A stretch of DNA of 64,000 nt, taken from assembly GCA_051362555.1 (NCBI GenBank), contig CM120642.1, forward strand, positions 23,002,001 through 23,066,000. The letters are read 5' to 3'. The notes below the pieces were generated by a model, which was not told the DNA's origin, did no database searches, and saw only the letters and a program-made list of their open reading frames with translations. Positions 39,671 through 52,923 of the stretch are shown here, piece by piece. Numbering within the stretch: position 1 is the stretch's first letter; the number at the start of each line of letters is the position of its first letter. A program made the position numbers and the translations under genes. This DNA is from Lingula anatina. Taxonomy: Eukaryota; Animalia; Brachiopoda.

Positions 39671-40640
39671 GAACATCAAGACATGTGGAACAGTTGCCAG
39701 CAGGGTTGGCAGACTTGTTTTAGAGTTGCCAGAGGCCATACAGGAGGTGGCAAACAATAAGTTGGGACTGGCAGTAAAGGCATGCCTCCAATACAAGGCC
39801 AGTCAACAGCCAAGGGCTTGGGATACTAGATGCATGCTTGGAAAGTGCTATGATGAAAAGGAGTTTTTTTGGTGCTAATATATTTTAGAAAACACTTTAA
39901 TATGCAGACACCATACAAATATATTGATACTTTTGTTGTGAATGACTTTTCTGAAAAGAAAATAGCAACTTAATTACTGAAAAATGGACACTACATTTAT
40001 AACTAGAGGATCAGAGAGGCGATACCACCTCCAGATATTGTAACACTAGCTGAAGTAAGCACATTCATATTCCAATTCAATTATTGACTGCCAATTTACT
40101 CCTTTTCCTTATTGAGAAAAGTAGCCATATTAATTTCAGTTTCATAAATTTTCTTGAATTTATTTTGCTTCATTCTGTGATCAATTTACTAATGTTAACC
40201 ACCTTTTTTTCACTATCAGTTAAAAGAGGGAATTGTGAAAATAACAGATTTTGGTGTGTCAAGATTAAAGGAAAAACTGCGCAGTGAGGCCACCAAAAGA
40301 ACCACAGTAGGAGGGGGGGAAAGGACCTGGGACTCCCCTTTACAGGGCTCCAGAGCTGTGCAAGACCAGAAATTTAAAAGATCAACCATCCTGCGATATC
40401 TGGTCCCTGGGCTGCACCATCCTACATGTTTTAGTAGGACATGTGTGGCCTAAGGGATCAGATGAAGTTCAAATTTTAATGTTACAGCTTCAAGAAGAGT
40501 TGCCAGAGGCCATACAGAAGGTGGCGAACAATAAGTTGGGACTGGCAGTAAAGGCATGCCTCCAATACAAGGCCAGTCAACGGCCAAGTGCTTGGGATAT
40601 TAGATGCATGCTTGGAAAGTGCTATGATAAAAAGGAATTT
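39671..40640 (+). pseudogene. Fragments of a second, different protein kinase (C-lobe end duplicated)
   Basis: VKITDFGVSRL at 40235. ELPEAIQ..ANNKLGLAVKACLQYKASQRPSA occurs at 39722-39878 and 40497-40640, with the 3' flank also duplicated. Confidence 0.7.
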
Positions 40641-40765
40641 TTTGGTGCTAAAATATTTTAGAAACCACTTATTATATGCAGACACTGTACACATGTATTG
40701 ACACCTTTGTTATGAATGAATTTTCTGAAAAGAAAATATCTATTACTGAAAAATGGACACTACAG

Positions 40766-41360
40766 TGTCGTGTATGTATGTAGCTTAGGCTTAAAGTCAC
40801 TATCAAGTCACGCATGCCCATAACAGTGTATGGAGTTTAAGGAATAAAGTGTGGAAGCGGACAGTTCGGTGTTACGTTTTCCTTAGGCTTGGAGCCTGTA
40901 TTTAATGATAAATATCCTCTCAAGGGTACATAAATTGGGACAAGGATAAACACAAGACCGTTAAGCAAAGGGAACATGGGGTTCCAGCCATTGGATTGTG
41001 TTGAAATGGCAAATGTTGGCACATGGTGTAAATGGTGGATTCGCGCCTTAACCTTGTATGCAGACAGCAAGGGAGTTACACTTGCCGGCCAGAAGAAAGC
41101 CCTGCTACTGCCTTCAGCAGGATTATGGATGCAGGATATTTATTTCACACTGCCTGAAGAGCAGAAAGCTGAAGGGGAAACGGAGTATGACACGATGGTC
41201 AGAATTTTAAAGGATTATTTTACTCTGCAAGTGAATGTTTCATATGAGCGACACGTGTTCAAGAATATGGAACAAGTATGACTGAAATTTTGCTCATTAA
41301 TTGAGAGTACAGGCAGAAACGTAAATGGACATATCAGGGACCAGATAATAGAAAAATATT
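40766..41360 (+). mobile_element. Gypsy retrotransposon relic (probable short LTR + gag fragment 40976-41281)
   Basis: W..WIRALTLYADSKGVT..QKKALLL..AG..MQDIYFTL...LKDYF..QVNVSYERHVF is typical Gypsy gag; TG-starting segment with AATAAA upstream. Confidence 0.8.
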
Positions 41361-41991
41361 CGTCAAATTATCTGCAAAAAAGCTGTTAAGATGCACTAAG
41401 ATCAACAGAATTGAAACATTTTGGGAATTGAAGCATATTATTCCATCATTTTAAGCATACGCCGTGCCTTTATAGTCCAAACGCCAGACTGTCAGCAAAT
41501 CAGATAATACTATAGAAAAGGAACGTTTGCAAATAAACCCCCAAAATAAGCCTTGCAGTATTTTATTTCTATCTTTTAATATAGTTAGTTTTCCTGATTT
41601 CAGCTGTCTATGATATGCAGAGCCACTTTTAAATAATCGTTTAAAAATAGTCCAAGCACTACTAGGAAGATATGTTTTACATAATCAAAATGCACGAAAG
41701 TCCAGGATAATGTGTTCCATTTTTTGTATCGTTAAGTGTTTTATTTGCAAGGTAAACATGTCGTACCCATGCAATGGCATTACACACCGCATTGTAATAT
41801 GTAGGCACATCGCAGAGAGTTCAGGCAATGACGTCACAACTGGGTAATTACCCCGAACAATTAGGCTAACGCTTACAGTGGGTAAAACTTAATGGGCAGG
41901 TCTAGAGAGAAGAGGGGGGTCAGATTTTATTGAATTTAGGTCCACAGAATGTTGTATTCCCCTTTAATGACACACGTCCTCTCGAGGTTAC

Positions 41992-42320
41992 AACTAGAGG
42001 ATCAGAGAGGCAACACCGCCTCCGGATAATGTAACAACAGCTGGATTAAGCGCATTCATATGGAAAACCAAAAAAGGGACACCACCACCAGTGTTGTGCT
42101 TGACAAGCCATTATTAAATGCAATTAACTCAAAATATGCAAAAAAGGGAAAAACAGCATATCTGTAAAAATGGTCCAATCAAGCTGATTTTAAAATTGTC
42201 CTTTATTTTTTTCACTCCTGTGATCACTCCTGTGATTTTCAAGACAATGGGCCTATCAGTTTTCCTTGAAATGTGTTATCAGTGTTGCATATATGCTGAA
42301 AAAAGGGAAAAACCAGGGGC
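41992..42320. mobile_element. Second HINE-like family (also at ~40001-40230)
   Basis: Shared head AACTAGAGGATCAGAGAGGC..ACC.CCTCC.GATA.TGTAACA at 40001 and 41992, followed by a monomer resembling the 160-bp unit. Confidence 0.6.
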
Positions 42321-45300
42321 AAAACTGGACATATTTGAAGATATGAGGGGCAGTTTAAAAAATATGAAGCGCAGAAAATATGCAAAGTGCAGTTCACTAT
42401 TTGTAACAGTGATGTATATCATTAACATGCATACAAAGATTTCTGAACAAATCCCAACATTGAGAGATATGAATACCCACTTCCGCATAAGATTCCTCAA
42501 ACTGAAACTTGGTCTTATCTCATTGATATGTCTACTACACTACATAATCCATGAACTTACAGAATTAAAACTTAATAAAGTACATCTAAAAATTGCCTTT
42601 GAATTTACCAAAGGAAAAAAATTAATTGTCAGTGTATAGATCGCTGCTGACATAGTTCACAATTCGTAACACCAATAAATTATAGTGCAGGCCACTGTAC
42701 TTGTAACGTTACATCTGTTGTGTGATCAAATAACTTTTTATAGGTTTTTGAACTGAGCATTTACTTACAAAATGTGAACAATTTTCTTTCATAATAATAT
42801 TTTCACTATTTGCACTTTAATCAAAATTCTTAAAGCAGTCTTGCTATTAAGCTTTCTAGTTACCATTCTCACATATGATGCAGGTCTGGTTTCACAAAAT
42901 AACATAACTTTCACTGTGTAATTACAGTGTCTATGCAAGTTTACACTAGCACCCATAATATTTGTAGCTCATAATTCGATTTCTGCAGATAAAATATCAA
43001 GTAACACTAAGCACATAGCAATTATACATTCTACTACATAAAATGAAAATACACACACACAAGAAGGTGTAAATTCAAAATCTGCAACTTTTGACATTCA
43101 CATATCATAAGTGAACAGGGGGTGGGGGGTGGGGGGAGAGAAGGCTCTGACAAACCTTGCCTGAATTCTCAACAACTTGCAAGTTCAGTCACAACTAGGA
43201 AGCCAGGCTTGTCCCAGGTGGGAAACTCCTGTCTGTGAGTAAATGATGGTGGTGGTACAGCATTCTTCTCCTCTGTATCAGTGGTATTAGAGATGGGTGA
43301 TGTCTAGGAGTAATTGTCATGTCTATCTATATTCAGCCTCCCTTCAACCAGCTGTAAAAAGAGTAAGAACATGATTATATGTGCTAATTTCTGAGAAAAA
43401 TCAGCTTTACATGAGAGAGACAGAGAGTCAATCATAAAACATCTTAAATAATACATGGTTATAAAGTTTAATAATGATCAACACGTGCTATTACAGCAAA
43501 CAAAGAAATCAAATGTCTTAAACATTTCATTTTAAAAGTAATTCTTCTCTGTTGAAAAAGTATCATTAGAATTTGATTAGATATGTCTGAGAAAGTTCGA
43601 TAGGAAATGGCCCCATCAGTAAACTCGTTAGCGTATGAGAGTGCGTAATTACGCGTTGTTTTGCTGTTTTTACGCATTGGCTGGAGCCCCAGCGCGTACG
43701 AATACGCACACCTTTGGCTTTGAAGATCGGCGAGGTTGACCAGTCCGTTGACTGTTAGGTCAGACTCATGTTGAAAATGTCATAATTGATTCCCAAGTGT
43801 CTCATTTTTTTCTTAAGATATTTGAATTACCCGACTAAAACATGCTTCTTCTTTCACTGACCCGCAGAGGATGACGTAATCTTCTCTGATTGGTCATAAT
43901 ATGCAAGTTTTAGGTCAAAGCACGTGTGCCTCTCTTTAGTATAAACAAGGTATGAACAACGATGAAATGATCGTTTTTTTATTCACATAATTGTTCAACA
44001 TTTTAATTGAGCAACCATACGTTGAGGACCAATTTAAATCACTCGCCCAGACCAAATACTTTAGGCCAGCAACCCTTGTGACTTTTGTAGTTTTAGTCGT
44101 CAGAATAAATTTTTATTCGCATTTGACGAGCGGGCGACCGGGAATTTCCAGCTCTGCTGATTACCAGTGATGACAAAATGACGAGAAAAAGGAAAAGCAA
44201 AGGAAAAAAACAACAGTCAATAAAAAGGTTTTGTCATGCAAGGTAGGCAAAGTTATTTACTATAGATTTCAGAGTCCGACATACCTACTTGCGATGGTTG
44301 CGTTTCGCAACTAGTTTTATCAACCGGGCAACTAAAATTTAGCTGGTAGTTGCCCGGAAACGCAAGTGACTTTCGGCTGTTCACTTGCCCGGAAAATTTG
44401 AAGTGTAAAATTTATTATCACAGACAAAATAGATTGTTTATTATTGGCAGTCATTTGCCGGTTGGAAACAAAGTGGTTTGCAGCAACCGGCTAGCTCCAG
44501 ATTTGGCCAGCTTAGAAAACAGTTGAACTTGAAGTGCTGCGCTAACAAACATAAATAAAAATTATCTTTCAACAAACTGTGAAATAATATTTCTAGTTAT
44601 TATTTACAAATTGAAAGCAAAGGTTTAATTTTTATAAACAATTTAGTAAAACTTAAAAACGACGGGTGCCTAATGTTCCCGACTTGACCTACTTTTTGTC
44701 GGCATCAATTTTAGGGAGAAACACTAGGAAGAGTAAGAAGTGTGAACATTTTGATTGATTAAAATGGCTAAATATGTAAATTTTGTGTCCCTTCTCAAAT
44801 AGTATACTAAAAAATGCTTGTTTGACAGAGACGGATACTGGGTGACTACTTGTCAGTGTCCAGACATTTTGGCGCCGTTCTCTATCTCTCCCTCTCCCAA
44901 CTATTACAGAGCGCTTGTTTGACCTAGTTTTTTTAAAAACTTTACTAAGGAAGCAGTTAGGCCAGGAGCATTTTTAAATCTCAGTCAAGAATAGATTGTA
45001 AATTTTTGGCTATGAAGTGCAGTCGTACTTGTTGTATTTTGATTGTTTCTGTGGTAATTTAAAAGCAATGTAAAATCTCTAATAAATTACATGTTATATT
45101 TTCACCCCCCCCCCCCCCCCACTGATTTACTAGGTAGCACCAGTTACTTTTACTCTAGTCAAAGAAACACAGTATCTAGTCGTGACCTATGCGTGACCTG
45201 TCCATTTTGTTTTTGTTTTCTTTTTGTTAAATTGCAATAATAAAAGATTTTGGATAAAAGGATAGTGGGTTATTGTTATGAAAGTGAACTGTGTGATTGC

Positions 45301-45434
45301 ATGATTATTAATACACAAAATTACACCTTGATGAGCATTTTTTAATTTTACCCCTTCATTTTGAAAATTACCCCTTCTTTTTTTGGGCAAGGGGTACGGT
45401 ACTCCCTTAGAAAAATCCTACCGAGTGCACTGCC

Positions 45435-45570
45435 CCATTCAGAATGGATGATCCAAGTACTTTCTGATTCCTGGGGAGACCATCAGGAATTGGGGGCATC
45501 CCTTTTGGTCTGTGGTCGACCATATTAAGTCAGCCGATCAAAAAATACTTGGATCATCCATTCTGAATGG
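45435..45570. mobile_element. Small MITE / foldback
   Basis: Perfect 25-bp inverted repeat CCATTCAGAATGGATGATCCAAGTA / TACTTGGATCATCCATTCTGAATGG. Confidence 0.75.
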
Positions 45571-45799
45571 CCCCCGTGACAGAAAATAGACAATACCCAT
45601 CATAACCAGAAAAGTGAACAGTGTAGATATGGGTTTTATTTTCACTTCACTTCAATTAAGGTTTTGTTTTGAAACAGTTTCGCTTTTTATTTTAATCACA
45701 GACACAGGTAGAACTGTTGAGAGAAGAGTAGAGAGGGGGGATTACAGATAGATGTAGAGAATTCATGAGAATGAAATCAATTATACCCTTCAACTTTTT

Positions 45800-47750
45800 A
45801 ATGAATATAAACAGAGGTCAAAAAGGTTACACCAATGTGCCTGGAGCCTTCTACAAACCATTTGATGATGACATAAAGTTATATATCCTGTCAGCCAAAT
45901 TCATCAGACAGGATGTACACTGCTTGTGGCAGTAAACTTCAATCACTAGCTGCTGATGGTCCAAGTCTGATAAATATGCATACAGATACCTGTAAACAAA
46001 GAAGACATGGGCATGCTTTCGATCTGAATAAAAGTATAAAACTGCACTTACTGTATGACAAGCAGAAAGTAGTCTGCCAAATCCTCCATGTAATACTCTG
46101 GCAGTATAAGAAATAACATTGGCACATCTTGAGGAAGGGGCAATGAGATCCTAAAACATATTTGTTTTTATTCACCAACAGAAATTGGTAAAATTAAGTC
46201 TTTTTAAAAGACTGGATTACAATTAAAAGTCTTTAAAAAAACAAAATTTAATGTTTTTAAGACATTTTCATTGTAACTAGATAAGTTTACAAAGTAAACA
46301 TGGGTACTGACGTTGTCAAACAGAGAGGTTGTGAAAGAAAGTTCAGAGGAAAGGCATACAAGTGAACACATACGCACACATGCAAGCACATAGACATACC
46401 TTGCTTAGAACAAATCAGCCTGAAGTAGATATTGCATAAGACAGAACTGTAGCATGCTGACTAACAACAATTCTGGGAAACTGCGATACTAAGGGCACAT
46501 CTTGCCTTGCTGTAGTATCTGGAAATTTATTTTGTGTAAAATTCTAATATGTAATGGCAATGTCCCACTAAATTTGAACAAAACTGATTTCATCACCTTT
46601 TAAATCAACATTCTACATGCACTATCTGTAAACTACTGGAGAAAGCATATTTTTGTACCTAAAAAAATGAGCAATTTAATGGAAAAAAAATTAATACAAT
46701 GAATTATAAATTTGTAAGCAAATGCCAGAAAAATAATTTATTAAGCTATTACCATAAAATGACATCAAGGCTCTACAGTGCTTTTACTCGTTCTTAAGTT
46801 CTCCATCATTTTAATAAATCTCTTTTCATATAGTCCACTATCTGCAGCAATTTCCATTGCACTTCCTTGTTTTCCATCGTCTTCATCATGTGTGTGAACA
46901 GGAAGACGATGAGAGTGAAGTGACGAAATAACATTCTATCAGGAACTTGGCATCCTGCCAGATGTGTGATGTGTCCTTGTCTGAAATGTATATTTATTTC
47001 AATAATAACTATAAACGTGAATGCTTTTTCCTACATGCAGTTTGGCTATGGCATAGCAACAAACAAACAAACAAAAAAAAACGAGGCAAAATTTTCTACC
47101 AAAAACCATGGCTGCTAATAAATGAAAACTTGGTGCTAATCATACAAGCAAATGGCGAGCAGTTCGCTCTTTGTTCAGGACATTTATATTTACTGATTAG
47201 GTGAAATGAAATGAAAAGTTGCTCAAAGGTCAAATTCAAGACCACATTAGGATTGCCCATAATATGACTTCCCATTTTTTTTTTTTTTGTCTTAAAAGAC
47301 AAGCAGATGACAAAACGTCGAGGAAACCCTACACCCCTAAAATTTCAAGTAAAGCAATAACTATTTAATAAAACCCGAGTTCATGTGTGTACGTTTAATT
47401 TTATGTAATATCCTAGAAGACATGCATACGGCAACAACATGGCCCATCTCCCTACAACCCAGCCCAGACAAGACAATCGACACGAAGACTTAATTTTAAC
47501 AGCTAGTTCGTTACAAGCAAGGAAGTTATTTCCGTGAATTTTTACCTTTTCACAGCTCAGTATTTTACAGTTCTATCTCCGCTGATTTGATTCTCTACTG
47601 AATACTTCAAGTTTTCGTTGGGCACATTTCACTTCGCGCCAACCGCAAGGCCCCTGTGATCGCTACTCTCGAATACTCTCGTTCATATCTCGTTCAAGCA
47701 CCCCGAGTTTCAGCTTTCATATCAAGGGAAACTCGCCTCAATGACAGTTA
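45800..47750 (-). ncRNA. Putative spliced long non-coding transcript (exons ~47750-47546, 46980-46753, 46518-46400, 45989-?)
   Basis: Alternating consensus sites AAG|GTAAAA, TTTCAG|, ATG|GTAATA, TTCCAG|, AAG|GTATGT, TTTACAG| on the - strand. Only short ORFs in the exons. 3' end unknown. Confidence 0.5.
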
Positions 47751-47790
47751 CGCAATTTCTACGTTTTCGGTTAACTTATATAAAGTTATT
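47735..47790 (-). promoter_or_regulatory. Putative Pol II core promoter
   Basis: TATATAAG at 47782-47775, Inr-like TCATTG at 47744-47739, Myb-like TAACCG and TAACTG between them, CpG-richer first exon. Confidence 0.4.
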
Positions 47791-48490
47791 ATCATATTTG
47801 TAATTTTTATTATATTTATACGTTAATGAGTGCACTTTTTTGTTCACACACGGGATTTCTCAATGGCGGCAGGTGGTTGGCCAGTTTGTGTGTGTGTGTG
47901 GGGGGGGGGGGGGGGGGGGAGCATATGGGATCTAACCACGAAGTTCGAAATTAGGCGCTTCTGCAGTAGGCCTATCCGCACCACCACCACCACCACATAA
48001 CTGTTTGATATCCAACATCTTTTCTGTGTGGTGACTTTGAACAATGTTTCCGCTAATCAAATTAATCAGTTTGTCAATTTATTTATTAATTTAACGATGT
48101 TCTTTTTTTTTCAAGAGACTTTATGTTATCCAAATGTTTTGAGTGCTGCGGCCATCACTGGTGTGAACATTTGCTGTGATCTCATTGATCAAAGAGCTTG
48201 ACAGGTTAAATAGAAAAAAGAACTTTAAATTTTAAATATAAATTATAAATTTCCAAACTAATTTATCTGATTGGTAGATATTGATCGACACTACATTAAA
48301 TGACTGAAAAATGAGAGAGTTATAGGGCGGGGTAGGGATATACTTCAAAAGTACGCAATTTTTCTTTTTTATTGGGGAGGGGGGGAGGGGGCGCTGAAGG
48401 GCCCTGAAAAATTTTGGTATTTTAGAGGGCGAAAGGTGCCATTTGGTACGGTTTAGAACTATGATTCTAATTTCAGGAGGGGACCATTGG

Positions 48491-48664
48491 CAGGCCCGTA
48501 GCCAGCAATTTCAAAAGGGGGGTTCTTTTTCTGAAAAAGTGGACCTTTTCCCATAAAAACTTAATGTAGGCCCTACCTAGATCAAATTTTACCCAAAGTG
48601 GACCTTTTCCCAGCAAAAGGGGCGGTTCTTTCGAACCCCCCGAACCCCCCTGGCTACGGGCCTG
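48491..48664. mobile_element. MITE with CAGGCCCGTAGCC TIR and 5-bp TSD (hAT5-like), copy 1, nested in another MITE
   Basis: TSD ATTGG on both sides; related host MITE copies show a single ATTGG at the empty site (~49214, ~52430). Confidence 0.85.
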
Positions 48665-48987
48665 ATTGGTGTGATTTTTTTTTTCAGAAATCGAAGGGGA
48701 GTCAGGACCCCTGGCACCCCCCCAAATCCGCCACTGATGTAGGCCTATGGGTGCAAACCTGTACGTGATTTTTGCGTGTGTGACTGATAGCCCCATAGGC
48801 CCATTGGCCCTTTGTTTTCAAACAATAAATCTGCTGAAGTAGCGCTAGCTTTTAAACTACAGACTGTAGAACTCAATATTCAATATTGAATAATAATACC
48901 TAGTTCTAAATATGATAATACCTCATGATCTTGCGTGTATTGCACAGATAGAATAATTTTCTGGTTTTGATGATAATGCAGTTATTA

Positions 48988-49302
48988 AGGGGCGGATCCA
49001 GGACTATTTGAAGTAGGGATCCATTTTTTTTAGGAGTGACAGGCCTCGGATGCGAAGCCGACCCTCGCCCCCTCCTCCATCCCCCTTGACGTGGGGTTCG
49101 GAGCCCGCTGAAGGGCACCGAAAAAAATTGGTATTTTAGAGGGCGAACGGTGCCATTTGCTACGGTCCAGAGCTTTGATAAGCTAGTCAAAATTCTAATA
49201 TCAAGAGAGCAGTATTGGTGTGATTTATTTTTCAGAAACCGAAAGGGGGGGGGGGGGGGGGCAGGACCCCCCTGACACCCCCTAGCCTTAAACACGCCAC
49301 TG
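48988..49302. mobile_element. hAT-like MITE (AGGGGCGGATCCAG...CGCCACTG); further copies at ~48325-48735 and 52227-52510
   Basis: Degenerate TIRs; shared internals ACAGGCCTCGGATGCGAAGCCGACC and AGCTAGTCAAAATTCTAAT. Confidence 0.7.
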
Positions 49303-51049
49303 CTTAGACTGCAGTGTTTTGCCTGTGCTGCGGTCTCGGCCTCATTGTGACGGCTAGCACAAAATTCATGCGTTGTGCTGGTTGTGCTTACGCAAGGCAG
49401 GAAACGTCTCAAAAAGTTTTTACGTCGACCACTTTGTGCTTCAAAAAAAAAAAAAAAAAAAAAAATAGAAGAACCAATCCGTCCCTTCCCCTTAACGTAA
49501 AAAAAGTGGGCAGGAGGCTTTTAAAACACCATTCTTTTTATAGCCCGCGCTCCGACTGCCTTGGGCAGCCGTAGGGGTGTGAAGAAGGGGCCTTCCCCAA
49601 AAATATTTTGAATTATGCCATTCATGTTGTGATTTTGTAAACCAAATATTGGTCTTGACCGCCTTATATAAATAAAATTAACAAACCTAGGCGGGACTAG
49701 TCTCTATAGTAGACAGCGTATGGAATATTGCTCTCTACAAAAATTGCCCCGTTCCTAAGAAGACTCGTTAATGTCTACCATTAAAGATCAGTTCAATAAA
49801 AAATGGAACGACTTTTTATATCAACCCTGTATCAATTTATGATTCCCCATCGAGTAACTTCTGAATCATTCTTACGTATATAGAGATTAAAAGAGAGAGA
49901 GAGAGAGAGGTTGAACAATAAGAATGGAAGTACAGTATACGGCATTTCGGTACTGAGTTTACTTGTGAATGACACTTAAATCGGGGCTTAAGTAAGTTCA
50001 GTATGTGTGGGTATTTTTACCGAGGAAAAAACTTCATTTTTAGTGTCACTTGCGGTATGAAACATTAATATACTGCATATTATGAATATTAACTGCAAAA
50101 AGCATGCCAGGAAATCTATTACGTTATACGTAATATGCGCCTTCGGAGAAAAAATTCATAGAATGTGCAAAATGAGGCAAAGCAAAGATGCTGTTGTTAA
50201 TGCTGAATTAATTTTGTTTTTACTTGAAAATAGAATAAAATAAATTAAATAAAAGAGTAAAATATTAAAACGGCGAAGCAACCATTTCATATATAATGAA
50301 AAGATAATATTTTACCAATTGAACGAACAACTTCAATAAATTAAACCAAATTCCAAGTCTTTCATTAAACCAGCCCGACTTATTCCACTATTAGTTTATT
50401 AATTTTAATTTTCACACGTTATTGAAATCTGGAGTTTTTTATACTTATGAAGTACTAACAATATATCGCAGATTAAAGCTAGAAAGATTATTAACGCATT
50501 GCGTAAAATTGTTTTCAATTTTAATTTGGCAGTTTTAGTTGTGTAGTTTATTTAAAAACAACAAATTTACACACGCTCCTGTCAATATACAGCGACGGGC
50601 TACTTATTGCCCCGGCCCATTATAAGGAACGAACAAAACCGGTTATTTTTAATTTTACCTGGCCACTAACATCATTATCTCGACATTTTTTCTCTCCGTA
50701 GCTCATGAGAAAAAGGCAAAAGAACATGAATATGATTAAAGAAATATGTTCAGTTCGTATACGAAGTTCCGATTTCGTACGAGCACCAAAGAAAGGGTCA
50801 TATATAGTCATTTTTCATCATATCCAGAAAAAGAATGACAACTTATTTTTAGTACAATTAAAACACTGGTGAAAGAACCCGGGACTCTTTCACGTTGTTA
50901 AATTTCAGTCTCTCGGTTGAAATAAAGAAACCGACGTTTTTTAGCGCGCTGCAAAAAAAAAAAAAAAAGAAAATAAAACAAAATGCCCCCTACCTCCAGA
51001 ATGTTACGACATGTATTGTTATAGACAGGTATGAATCAAATTCAAACAG

Positions 51050-51420
51050 GCTAATTCAACTTTGATAGAAGCTGCCAAGCGTACACGAATGACAGTTTTT
51101 TAGACAAACGTCAAACACAATTAACACGCTTCTCTCCGAACATGTAAAAACTCCAATATCCTTTGATTGACAAGATGCCAATCAAACTCATTAGTTTTTG
51201 ATAGTTGCTGTCAAGTAATAACAGCTTGATTGGCAGGTTATATAAACAAACGTCAATCACAATCATTACAGAGTGGATCACTATAGTCGTCGAACATGTT
51301 TAGTTCAAGATTCCTACATCCTTTGATTGACAAGGTGCCAATCAAATTCAGTTAGTTTTCATAATTGCTGTCAAGTAATAACAGCTTGATTGGCAGGTTA
51401 TATAAACAAACGTCAATCAT
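51050..51420. repeat. Tandem repeat, ~160-bp period, ~2.5 copies
   Basis: TCCTTTGATTGACAAG.TGCCAATCAAA...ACAAACGTCAATCA at ~51159 and ~51319. Confidence 0.8.
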
Positions 51421-51811
51421 CGCGCACTGTGATTTCTCTCGCTGTGAAACAGTGAGTACGCCGAAAGAGAGCGCTAAAATCTGAAGTTAGTATTTAACTT
51501 GCAAAATATTTCAAGAGAATATATACAACATGTTTCCCAAACTAGTTCCCTTTCTGAACTTCAGCGTGTCTAATACGACACTCTAGATTACAAACTATTT
51601 TGCAAAAAGAAGAATTTAGCAAAAGAAACCAATTTAAAAACAGATGCAAGTAAAGAAATATGACATTTGACGTTATTCTGGACGTAGCGCATGGGTCATT
51701 TCAAAATTAGTGTATGTACCCCAGTATGTGCGTGGAAGAAGGAAGATAAATGTTTTTGCATTATGTGTGGAATATTGACAGATTCTTTTACTGTCAAATT
51801 ACTACTGCAAA

Positions 51812-51814
51812 AAA

Positions 51815-51865
<51 letters not shown>

Positions 51866-51916
51866 AAATAAATAAATAAATTGATTAATTAAAATAAATA
51901 AATAAATAAATAAATA
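51812..51916. repeat. (AAAT)n microsatellite
   Basis: Directly visible. Confidence 0.95.
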
Positions 51917-52623
51917 GAATGATACTACTTCATCTTCATTAAATGTGACATTTATAAATTCGTGTTATGATTGAGGTAAGTGGTTTCATTTTTGCGGGGC
52001 TAAATGTTAGGAAGGACTTTTGATAATAAGTGGATGGGAAACAAAAATATAAATGTAAACAAAAATATTACTATCTTATTTAACAACCAAACCGCTACTT
52101 CGCTCTTGTAACTATTTTGTTAGTTTATTTTACTGCAGTAAAACATGGATAAAAAAGTTCAAAACGCCCTCACAGTGCCGTTGTTTTTGCCACTCCAGCT
52201 GCTGGGGCTAGGTGAAGGGGCGAGGGCAGGGGTGGATTCAGGATTATTAGAAGGGGGGGCGGAACGACAGGCCTCGGATGCGAAGCCGACCATCGCCCCC
52301 TTGGTGTGGGCTTGGGGCTTGCTCAACGGCCCCGACAAAAAAGTGGTGTTTTGGAGAGCAAACAGTGTCCTTTAGTACGGTTTAGAACTATGATTTAGCT
52401 AGTCAAAATTCTAATTTCAAGAGGGGAATATTGGTCTGATATATTTTTCAGAAACCGAAGGGGGGTGGGGGGCCAGGACCCCCCTGACTCCGACTCTAAA
52501 TCCGCCGCTGGTTATGAATGGCGTAAACAGGAAACGCACCATCATAGCTTTTGGTTTCAATAAAGTGTGAAGCACAAGATCTATGGAGTTTATTTTTCTT
52601 TATTTTCAAGATATAATGACCCT

Positions 52624-52806
52624 CAGGCCCGTAACCAGCAATTTCAAAGGGGACGGGATCCTTTTCTGAAAAAAAAGGAACCTATTAGCTTTTTACCATG
52701 AAACCTTGGTGTAGGCCTACTTACATCAAATTTTACCTAGAGGGGACCATTTCCCGACAAAGGGTGGTTCGCTTGAATCCCCCAAGCCCCCTTGACTACA
52801 GGCCTG
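52624..52806. mobile_element. hAT5-like MITE copy 2
   Basis: CAGGCCCGTAACCA...TGACTACAGGCCTG; TSD ACCCT/ACTCT (1 mismatch). Confidence 0.75.
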
Positions 52807-52923
52807 ACTCTTGTCGCTTGCGCACAATTTGATGTTTTTATTCGGAGAACAAAGCATCCGTATACACGAAGTAGGGAAAATCACTGCAGAAAAAAATGCT
52901 GTCAACGGCATAGACCGTTTACA

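Noticed and set aside
42118-42639. 173-aa ORF (also 62862-63290, 23486-23740)
   Set aside because: Overlaps HINE monomers; no recognisable domain; not conserved as an ORF across copies.
46052-46180. Possible intronic H/ACA snoRNA or miR-12-like sequence (AGAGTATTACAT...ACA) on the - strand
   Set aside because: An H box, a 3' hairpin and ACA are present, but there is no convincing 5' hairpin and the fold is too short for a pre-miRNA.
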